From Phoronis australis (Eukaryota; Animalia; Phoronida), in the NCBI GenBank assembly GCA_002633005.1, contig NMRA01000029.1, positions 902,086 to 966,085 of the forward strand: DNA of 64,000 nucleotides, read 5' to 3'. The notes under the pieces are model-generated. The model did no database searches. It saw only the letters and a program-made list of their open reading frames with translations, and was not told the origin of the DNA. Every line of letters starts with the position of its first letter. The stretch's first letter is position 1. This document shows positions 25,838-37,200 of this stretch, piece by piece. Position numbers and translations under genes: made by a program.

Positions 25838-27038
25838 TACAGCCTAAAATGAATGTCAAAACGCTAATTTCTCGAATTTTCAAAGGGTGACTTAGTTATA
25901 GATGATGAAAATTTTGCCAAGTGCTGTTTCATACAGTACAACAGAACGGACTACGTAGCTTATTAAATACAATGTTCTTGGAGCTCATTTTTCTTAAGAA
26001 ACGTGAAAACATTAATTTCCATATGTGAGCAATAGTGGTGTGCTAAATGGATGAGGAATTACCGTACATACACCGAGGACTCCTCCGTCATACGGATATA
26101 AATGTTTTCATAAAATCGAACAGTTTATCAATATTGCACAACTAAAATACACCCTGCAGATACGTGCTCAGTTATCAAAACATTTCAAAGTAAATCAAAA
26201 GTCTTACAACACAAACAGCTACATACCATTCCGTGTAAAAACTATTGTCTCTCAATTAGAAATCGGAATCTCCTAACAACTATTATGCATTTTTGAATGG
26301 TATGTCAAATACACACCCCTACGAATCAGCGCTGGCAGATTGTCAAATCAAAAACACAAAATTGCACAGAAACCCAAATACACAAACAAAGCCAAAGCCG
26401 TACCAAGGGATGTTCACAAAGTGGAGTTAATGTCGAACATTTATTTAAAAAACTACTTATCAACGTAGTGGCTATCACAACTGCCAACGAATTTTCAGAG
26501 GGCACTTGATTTACTAGCACCGAATTATCAATTTTCCTCATATCCTATGCAATTTCCTTGAAAGAACTCAAAATAATGACTCCGAGGATCCAAAATATTG
26601 CCCTTAAATATATTCTGCCTAAAGACGCCATCATCCTTGGGTACAGACAAGAGTTTTTAGATACTCTCAAAGATAAGCAAACAGCTGGGATACATTCTTG
26701 TTCCTGCACGCAATCACACAATCCAACAATACCAATGGCTTCAGTGTTAAGAAAAGCACCAAAAACAACAACAAAAAAAACAATAAGCAAATCCTACGGA
26801 GATAAAAACATGAGAATGATATTTTTGGTCACAAATATTACACATGTTCAGAAAGGTGTCAGCAGCGTTAAGACACTGGCATCCAGTTTTCACCAAGTTT
26901 CGTGGATTTGGTGCATCACATCTAATATCCCATTTGCAATACACTAATACTGAGAACAGGTTGTTCATAGTACAACTTGCTCCAATTTTGCGCCCACTTG
27001 TCTTCCCATTTACACTGCACAGTCGAAACTTAAGTGCC

Positions 27039-27354
27039 GTCCACACACAAACTTAACCTAGAACAAGTTACTCCTGGAACGAGTTGTGGACAAGTCAGTT
27101 TGGAGGCCGTGTGGAGGCTATGTTAAATAGCTTCCTGTGTGGCTACAAACCTGGGTCAAGGCAGAAGTAATCAGCTGGGGGTAGATAAACACAGACGGAC
27201 CTTCTTTTGCGCCGCATATTCGCATTAGCTGTTCACGCAGAGAGTGACAACTTCCGCCCTACCCTAGTTATCGGATATGTGTGTGAGGACGCTTCACTTA
27301 AAAGTGGGGTAAGTTGCGCTAGTGCAAGTTGTTCTAGGGTAAGCTGTGTGTAGA
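27039..27354. mobile_element. MITE with ~35-bp TIRs; related end at ~60996-61055
   Basis: gtccacacacaaacttaacctagaacaag vs the reverse complement of gtgcaagttgttctagggtaagctgtgtgtagac. Confidence 0.6.
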
Positions 27355-27472
27355 CTGGACTTTTGAGTACGGCCGAATCGTATCAGTGTGTGACAAGCAT
27401 AAAACTATTTTTAGTGCTTCAGTGAAGGCTGAAACATGTACACGCGCTTCCAACTCTCTGTTTTGGTCCTGT

Positions 27473-27631
27473 TGCGTTTACAAACTAAATCACTTTTGAC
27501 ATGAAGGAAACAGGTGTCAAATTCCGCCAGGAGCGTTTGTTTCAGAAAAACGTGCATTCACATGAACACGATTAGAGGAACAATTTGCATCTGGAGCAAC
27601 CGGCACCTGATTCTAGTGCAGTGTGAACGCA
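27473..27631. mobile_element. Degenerate MITE (TGCGTTCACAC-type TIR)
   Basis: tgcgtttacaaactaaatca vs tgattctagtgcagtgtgaacgca. Confidence 0.45.
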
Positions 27632-28132
27632 GTATAAATTTACTTTACAAAACTAATGTAAGACCATTTTGAAATCTACAATATACAAGCTCCAGCATAA
27701 TCTGAATAAATAAACTTCTTGGACCATCTCTCATAACTTAAGTAATGAGCAGCTTCACATTATTGCAATAGTTGAAGTTGCGATGGCAACGCCTACATCC
27801 AATACATATGACACATCTGTGTCATACTGTACTTCCTATTTCTCAGTAATTTAACATACCAAAGGTACCCAGCAGGGCAAACATGACACAATATTGGCTG
27901 GATTCAATGGCTGCAAAAAACCTGAAATGGGACCTACACATGTCGCATCAAATCTCAATGGAATTGAGATGCTGAATACGATTACCATAGCCCAGAGTCT
28001 TATCTCCGAACTCAGACTTCAGTACAAACTTTAACGAATCACACAGCAAGATCCGAGAACAAGTTTGTAAGTCTACTCAAAGCATGCAACTGGTGAATTT
28101 TGAGTTGAGTTTATAGTACAGAGAAAAGACCC

Positions 28133-28274
28133 CAGGCCCAGGCTGTACTTAAGTGTTAAAGATACTTTCGGAGAGACCAGTAATTCACCTAGAGAAGATA
28201 GCACAGGCCCAGGCTGTACTTAAGTGTTAAAGATACTTTCGGAGAGACCAGTAATTCACCTAGAGAAGATAGCA
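28133..28274. repeat. Perfect 71-bp tandem duplication (2 copies)
   Basis: caggcccaggctgtacttaag...agagaagatagca starts at 28133 and again at 28204. Confidence 0.9.
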
Positions 28275-29553
28275 CCAGGTCTGAATATGCCAGATGATCA
28301 CTTCAACTACAATCGTTAGCAGGACCTGAGTCAATAGCTGACTTATGACAAAGAACGGCAAGAAAACTTCATATAAGACATGGCCAAGTCTTACCACTCA
28401 TTTACACAAAATTTACACTCCCAAGGATCGCCTTTGAAATCTCATAACAAAGATGAAAAACTATATACAGCTTCTCTTCCACACTTCAAACAAATACATT
28501 AAACAGATATGTCATTTGAGTACAGCATGTTTCTTGGAAAATCAGAGGTTGTCTGAAATCCCACATACAAAAAAATCCAACTAGGTAAGCTTGGAATTCA
28601 ACAAGTTTTTTGGAAGTAACAAATGCTGGATGCACAAAAGATGAAACTGAATTTGCTATACAGTACACACTCAAAATAATCCAACGAATACAACAAATAC
28701 AGTTTCCCAAAAGTGACCCTGAATTTCGCTTGCAATCAACTACCATGACGAAATCTGTTGGTACTATTACATCATGATGTGATATTCTGTGGAATTTTAT
28801 TAGATTATTTCTGCCTGTGTACTGTATATCTAAATCTGGCTCCCATTTCAGGACACGCGACTAACCATACTCCTCTGTGATAATGCCTGTTTGACTTGAT
28901 GTCCACCCAAAAAATTTCTGAATTTTCACTTATAAATACCCATGCTGGGATTACTACTGGCCCCAATTTCAGTTCATTGAGACTTCCTTGGCAGCACCCA
29001 TGTTTTGTAAACACGTCTCATGCAAATTTTAGCTTCTGCAATGCACGAAACTGGCTTACCTTTAAGAAACTGAGTTTTNGGGGGGGGGGAGGGGGGCAAA
29101 ATACTTGAACTTTTGAATTTGAACTGCTGTATTTGATTCCAGTCAGACCAGTTAGCACGAATAGACCATTCAGGAAAATGCTCATACCACGATTTGTTGG
29201 CTTAACGTCCAACCTTCAATTCAAGTGCCCTGGGTAGTAACCCCCAGCAAATATGCTGAATTTTAAAGTTTGATTATTGCCAGACGTCAACAGCACGAAT
29301 CAACAATTATAACATAAGCAAAAGTACTGCCAATGTTGCAATCAAGCATATTAGCATAAATCTTTCACAAAACAAAGCCTTGGTTCATCTTTTACAAACA
29401 CCCAGCAGTATTGCAGCAGACTACAGGACAACTTATTTACGACTCATAAACAGACAAAAATTCTCCAACAGTACTGTAATACAAACTGATTTAAGAATAA
29501 GTATCACATCGGCTTAGACTATAACATGTTACGGAAGACTGCAGCATCTCATA

Positions 29554-29690
29554 AGGCCCATTCAAGCGAGTCCTTTTTGTGGAATTTCTTCAAGATATTT
29601 TTCGCAAAAATTTTTATTGAGTGAACAAAGCTAACTTAAGATAACGAGAAAAAATGGAAAAAATTCCACCAGACTTGCACGAATGGACCT
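29554..29690. mobile_element. Degenerate MITE
   Basis: ggcccattcaagcgagtc...gtggaattt vs aaattccaccagacttgcacgaatggacc. Confidence 0.5.
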
Positions 29691-30519
29691 ATAAATTTCA
29701 TGCCATGCAACAGTCAGTATTGGCCCAAACTAAACACAGAGATCGTTTGGCAGAAATCAGATGACGGTACTGACCATATGATCAGTGGGCATATCTTTAG
29801 TAAGTAGTGTCCACTATGGAATTTATCATTGCTATAGCAGACTTAAAAAAAAACAAATGGTACAGTTCACAAAAACAGCTACTCCTGTGTTGAACTGCTT
29901 TGATGGAAGCTTCGCCCTCGTAACAATTTTGTGGAAAATCATCTACAATATTCATGCACTATTTATTAAGAATTGTTTCCACCAATAGACATCTGTGTTT
30001 AGACTGAGTTCTGGCTCACAAGACTACCTTGAATGGTAAAGCAAACAAGGATTGTCTGTACAGTATGAGGTAAGACCACTGTCAGTTACACATCTTGTAG
30101 ATGAACAGTAGTCATTCAGCAGAGACAACTTTAGTCAGAGTGAATGATGAATCAAATCAGTACAGCGCAAATGCAAGAGGTGATCTTCAGAACAAAAACG
30201 ATTATTTAACATTTGAAACCACTCAGAAATATTTTTTCCTGCCACTGACGACAAAACTGGACCATCTTAAATTAAGACAGACTCCATTCAAGGTAGACAT
30301 GCAAGTCAGTATTGACTTCAGGATGGCAATGACCTTTAAGAGTGTCCTAAGTGAAGCAGACCTTCAGTCTAGAGCACCAAACGACGACTTGAGTACACAC
30401 TTAGCTGTCTATGTTGGACTTTGCCTTTAGCTAAGCATGTACATAAATGTAAGGCTTGCACATTATGTCACCTTCTACAAATCAAAACGTTAGACAGGCC
30501 ATGACCTGAAAATGCTGTT

Positions 30520-31265
30520 GGTTGAACCCAGGGAAGAAATATCCATCACCATCTAAGTATCACACAGAAGGAGGTGTGACTTGAATCAACCAATGGGCTT
30601 AGTCTGACTCCTCCACTGAATACACCAGGGGGAAGAAGTCACCATTCCTTTCCCAGTGTCACACAGTTTAGCTTGTGGCCAAATTCAACCACTGACCATG
30701 CTTAGAGCAAGAATTCTGAGGACGTGGCCGGAGTCCACCCTTAGTAGCACCCACACAAAAAATCTCCGTCTCTCTCCAAGGATCACGCAACTATCGGATA
30801 TGGTTTTAATTCACAATTGGTTACACTCAGTGAAAGATCTGTCACACAGCCAAGTGACACTATTTAATACACCCAGAAGGAGAAGTCTCTATTATGCTCC
30901 AAGTGTCAAAAAGTTTGGGGGTGTGGCTTCAATCATCCAGCAGCTTCACCTAGAGGAAGAAATCTCCGCTGCCTTTAGAGTTTCAGACATATTGGCTGAG
31001 TGGCCTTAATCATCCAAGAGTTGCTCCCAGAAGAAAACTCTGTAGCCCTTCAAGTGCAAACATTTTGAGGGCAAGGGCATGGGGTTAATCATCCAAAAAC
31101 TACCCTACAGAAGTTGCTCTTCACCTGTCAGGCATGTTGGGGGCGTGGCCTCAATCATCCAACAGTTACTTCCAGAGAAGTTGCTCTTCAAGTTTCAGGC
31201 ACTTTAGGGGCCCTCAATCATCAAACGCCTACATCCACAGGAAGAAGTCTCCGTTACCATCTAAC
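30520..31265. repeat. Degenerate ~63-79-bp tandem repeat array spanning the ELKS stop codon and proximal 3' UTR
   Basis: AATCATC core at 30931, 31008, 31087, 31153 and 31216, each followed by a gaagaa/agaag motif; more degenerate units back to ~30520. Confidence 0.75.
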
Positions 31266-34200
31266 ACCTTGAGGAACCTCTGCAACATGGACGGCTGGTA
31301 GTAACACACTTTCTGAACGAGAATATTGACATAATCCTGCAACTGAGTGGACTCCATACGACGCCGTTCTAACTCTTCCACCAACTAAAAAGAGATACGT
31401 AGAAATCTTTCAAAGGAAAATAAAATTAGACCAAAACAAAAATAACAGTAGCAGCAAATGCATTGCACTAGAACAAAAAAGAAAAACATTACTTTAAAAA
31501 GGCCGTTTTGAAGATTTGCTTCGAAAAGGATAATGCAAAGAACACTAGAGTGGTTGCTTTTCTTAGGATGTATTGTCTACTGGCATTTTTCTAATTACAG
31601 CAATGGAAAATTTGAGAGTGAAATCTTCTACAAATTGCAGACAATCAAAAGAAACAAAGGACCATTTCTGCCACAAAAATAGCCGAGAAGTACATTCTCT
31701 ACACAAGAAAAGAAAACAAGAGACACCACAATCTCATGCCAACCGCTAAATGGATAGCCTGCTTTTAAAAATTAAAAAACGTTTCTGTGAAATTTGACAT
31801 TTTATGTTATCCGTGTCTTGCACTTGTACTTTTATTTTTTGTCTCATGTTTTTATGCTTTTCTTTTATTTCTCTGTACTTGTTTGATTCTAATAAATTTA
31901 TTATTATTATTATATAAACTTTCTGGTTAATTTCCAGTTTGTAAATTATGTTAGTCATGGCAGTGGTACACCAAATATAGAGTCTTCGTTTTGTAACAAA
32001 TTTTTAACAGGGCAAGGAGGCACTCATCAAGTTATGAACAGATATAGGGTAAAAATTCCTCAATTTGGGACAAAAATAATTCTTAAACTTACCCTATTTC
32101 TGTTGTTTCAGAGGCTTACCACATTGTTGCAAATGTTCATATTTGTTTGGTAATAGCTACGCCATACAAACCATGCTAAAAGCAAAGTAAATTTTCCTAT
32201 TTTCCTAAAAAGTTATCTCAGTTGAGAAATTTGACAAAATGAAATTTCACCCGTCCGGAACCTTTCACTCACCTGAGCCTCCTTCATGACACGCAATTCC
32301 ACTGGAGACATGGCGTGACACACCTGGACCCTGGGTAGACCCTCCAGCACCTGCGGGTTCCTCTCTAGACAGCCGGCAACAAGCTGATCGATGAGTAGCC
32401 TAAGACGTCGTTTGTCGTACTCTACCTGTCGAACTGCTTCCACTACCTGTAATTATCCAGGTAAAAGGTAAGACATAGTAAACAATTAAATAAAACACGA
32501 AACTGGCATAGTAAGTCTAAATAAACAAGTATTTTTACAAGTTGTACATATTTCGTTATATAATTCATAGCAACACGTAAAGCGATATCATCATCACAAT
32601 AAAGGAAACTATTACAGCTCATTAGACAAATATAGTAAAAACTGTAATGATCTTAATAACCATGACTACAACTATATCTTATGAGAAAAAAGTGAAATGC
32701 AGCTCATGGGATGAATGAAATAACAGTTGACTGCAAACAGTAATTGCACAGATATCGAGTCCTCAGTAGCTCAGTGGTAAGAGCACTAGACAGGCAACCT
32801 AGAGACCTGTTGTTTGATTCCCAGTTGGGCTTCCTGATTTTTCTGTTTCTTTGATATATTTCACTATTGGCCAACATCACTGTCTATATATTTACTATCA
32901 TTGTTACCAAACAAAGTTAAACTGAAGTTATAGAAAGTATTATAGTTAGTTGAGCACATGCTTTTAAAACATTACTATTCAATTAATATGCAATGAGGCA
33001 AAAAACGAAATCAAATTTGCAAGCACATACACATGCATAACAACAACAGTCAAAAACGTGTTACAAAGAAATACAATTAGAAAAACAAAACTATGCTTAA
33101 AACATGCACATTATTTGTGAAATTGATCTTACTGAGGAACAAATAACATTATTGGTTATTACAAAGAATGAGTGGGCAAAAATGCACGAGTTAACAAATA
33201 ACATACAATCCTAATGGTGATACTGGTGAGATGATGTTACCATGAAGGGGTAAAATATATTCTAAATGTTTTTAATTCTACCAAAACGTTTAGCACTCAT
33301 GCAAAAGAATTTGATCTCGCCAGTATCTCAGTAGGCAATGGCAAAGCAGCAGATTCAACCAAACTTCCCTGAACTAAAAAAACAAACAATATAGTCTACC
33401 AAAGCAGTTGTTAAAAAGCTACAGGTCCAAGTACAAACTACCCAACTGCCTTTTATAATTAGTCAACTGGGATAAATTGAACAACTACTGGGGGTAGTAT
33501 ACTAGTGCTAAATAGAAGGGGTGTGTTTTACCTGTTTGTTGACTCTTCTTCTCTTGTTACTATCTCACATGCCCTGCTGAACAAGGTGCAATAAATTATT
33601 AAGACGGACAACAATTAGAACACACGAACAAAACTTAGCAACGTTAATAAAAAGATGTCCAATCACAAACCTACAAAGTAATCTTCGTAGCCAATGAAAC
33701 TGTTGAAGTTATCTAAGCGGCCAATGAAAACGACAACGTCACAGCAGTAACCAATGAAAACGGAAAATTAATTAATCTTAAGTAGCCAATAGGCTGGCGA
33801 AATAATCTTAGTAATAAATGAAAATGACTTGAGAATGTTTTGATAATGAAATATTTAATATTAAGTATGCATCTTGGACCAGTTTCAGTATGTGTACACA
33901 GAACTTTGCAAAATCGACTTTAAATGGGAATTGCGCTCAAACATGTCGGATATTTTTGTTACTAAACAAGGCAAATGCAATGAATTTTACCGGAATATTG
34001 TGCCAACATTGATTTTTTAAAACATGCAATGCACATGGAATGTTGGGATTCTCAGGATTTGTAAAAAACAAGGATAAAAATTTCATACCCTTATTGAATA
34101 CAGATTACGAATGAAAGAACAATATAACCACAAGTGGCATTTCCGGTAAAAGGAGAAACAGTAAAATTTACTCCATAACAAATTATAAGTGCATTACCCA

Positions 34201-37200
34201 AGCAAGTTATGACGAATTGTCTTTTCATTAACTTGTAAAAAAATCAAAACCAAATACAATAGCTTACAAGAACCATATACAATGGGTCATAATGCTGTCT
34301 TATACACACAGCCAAGACTGCAGTAATGCAGTCAAAACCAATTCATGATGCATGCACACGATTAGGAATCAAAATGACCTTGAGGCAACTAAAGGTCAAA
34401 GCTCATACGCCAACGCAAAATACAGAAAACAAAATTAGACTCTTCATACATCAAAAAATATTCATAACTACACAATGAGTTTACAAAGTTTTGTAAACAG
34501 CAGAGATTCAATCATATAAACAGTGGGCTCTGTTCTGATGACATCAAACAAACACGCAAGTCAGCTTCAAACGTGAAAATAAGGTTGTACCTGGTCATGT
34601 GACTGTTTCTGACGAATCTTGTTAACTTTTGTAGCACCATTAGACGCCTTGGCTTCTTCCTGCATCATCATTTTCATTCGTTTTTGCGTCTGAAATGCAC
34701 ACAAGATATGTGACTACATTTTGACAACAAAAACATAATTCAGTTCCACTTACAAAGAATGTACCACTATTTCATCAAAAATTCTCACGCCAATTCTGCA
34801 GACCAGTCGACTTTTAAATTTGTCTTATTCTCAAATTTTGCTCTTTCAACACATCATCAAACCAGAATTGAATATCAAGTTTTTTTTTTCAATTCATAGT
34901 CATGCACCAACAAAAAAAACTTCGCATTTTATGAATTACAAAGAAAAATGCTAATTTATGCAGAGTTGAAATTTACAAAATGCTTCTATTTTTGTAATCA
35001 CTCTTGACAGATTTCACTCTTCCTGCTTTATAAACTGGTAAAAATAGAAAAGAGAGAGTCTTTGAATTTGACGAAAACCTAGACTGTGAAAGCAACGGTT
35101 CTTCAAATTGTCAAAACTAAAAGGAATCTAAGCAGATTCTTCAAAACTTGAGTCGCAGGCTGTTTTTTTTTAAATCAAAACCTAACCAACAAAGTCGAAT
35201 TCATTAAAGTTGTAAATTAATGCTATCTGGAATTACCAATAATAAGCTCACCCAAATGTTTGCCCATGGACGTATCTTTGGAAAATGCAAATTTAAAATC
35301 TGATAGACAATGGGACTACTTTGGCTACATACTAAATCTTTCAGTTGAAGATGAAGAGCATCTTTTTCCTTGGAAATTCTCAGGATGTCCTCTGTAGTTT
35401 TGGAGTTCTTGGGCGCAGACATTTCCAGTAGTCCAATATGCGAATCCTTTTCAGTAATAGAGGCAAGCAAAGCTTCTTGTCTACAAGGGAAATTGGTAAT
35501 AACAATATAGCGTAAAACCATGCAATTGAACACATGCGCCTAACTATGCAGCTGCCACTAAATTGCAGAGCTTAGGCGCATGTGCCTGTATGTGGAACAT
35601 TTGAATAGACGAACTAAATTTACATATAGGGGAACGCACTTATTTACAGGGTTTTATGGTAATTACCTGAAAATTGCAATTATATAACTTCCCCACAATC
35701 AATCTTCAATGATGGTACAGTTAACTATTACTTAAAACAAAGGTACAAAACAGCCTAGTGGTAAAGCTGAGGTCATCTATTCAAAGCCAATCATTACAGA
35801 ACCTTTGATTTCACAATTGTGAGTGGTTGGTGAAGTTGGGGAAATCTATTCACAGACACTGGCTATGGTTTACCACGACTGTGTCCACTGGTCTATGGTG
35901 TCCCTGTCATATGACATTATCAAGTCTTGTCTCGGCCCATAAACATAACATAGCAGCCCAGTATCCCCACACTGATCCTTGACTGAAAGGTGCAAGAGGC
36001 TCAGTAATGGGTTTCAATAGAGCTAGCTGATAAACCTATACTCATCAATTTGCAGTGGGCAGTCCTTGGCTAGAACTCGCCATGTTATACAACTCTGTGT
36101 CAACTGGGCCACTGTGGTTTATTCATTCATTACAGGGCACCACCCGATGTCATCAAGCCTTGCCCAGGACTAATTTTCGATTGGAGAAACCAAAATAAAT
36201 TAAGACATAACAAGAACATGTATTCTCCAAGGTGAGTGTTACACCTCATAACCTGATTCTCATTTTATCATCTCCAGTCTCAACTAGTTACACGTACAAT
36301 AACTGACCCTTACTACCCAGTATTGGTTCCATCACAAATCTTGGCCAATACTGAACATAGCAACTTGTCCACTTACTTCATTTCCATCACTTCATCCAGA
36401 TGTTTCTTGCGTTCAGCTCTCAGCATCTCTATCTCCGAGTTTTTCTCCTCTATTTCCTTCAAGTACTGCTTGCTGTCCGTGTTTTTACGCAATTTATCCA
36501 GTTCACCTGTGATCTTTTGTAGCTGGAACGCAGTTTTTAGATGTTAAACCTATTGCGACGAACCATGACAGATTCTCCATTATATTGTACCTTCAATCCC
36601 AGTGTCTCTCATAGCAAAATACACTGTCAAACAGTGCACGTCAAGGCCTGTGGCACTAAACAAGTCTATGCAGGTTTATAGCGAAGACATTGTTAGAGTC
36701 ACCCACACACTGAACCGCATCATGGTAGGAGCAAACCTTAAAAAGTTTTCAACACGAATACGCCTGTCCCCCACTTTATGACACCTTAAAAGGCTGCCAA
36801 CAAACTGTAAATACCTGTCCCCCACTGCACCATACCTTAAAACTGTCAGTGCATTTCCTAATGGATAATTAAATTAACACAGTGTGAATACAGAGCCATA
36901 ATCCAATGTACAACAGCTGCATGTTTTTCCTTTTTACAAAAATGCAGCACCGAGATGGCAATCATTGGTGTAAAACCTTGATAGGAAGACCACGTGTCCA
37001 AGACCGCTACGCTCCTTACCTGTCTCTCGGACATGTCAAGCGTGTGCTGCTGTTCAGCCAACACCACCTCACGTTCGGCTGTGATCTTTACCGACTCCTT
37101 AAGCGCCTCTTGGAGTTCTTCAACACGATCCTCCTTTTGACGCAGCTGCGCCTAAAGCCGCAACAAAACACAAAATGTGAAAACAAAATAAGTTGAAGAG

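Noticed and set aside
30900-31230. SECIS elements recoding the cassette-exon UGA as selenocysteine
   Set aside because: ATGA…TGA motifs are present, but I could not form the 11-13-bp upper helix with an apical AA loop.
32759-32830. Functional tRNA gene
   Set aside because: The T-arm and acceptor stem do not pair and the B box is mutated; better explained as a SINE head or pseudogene.
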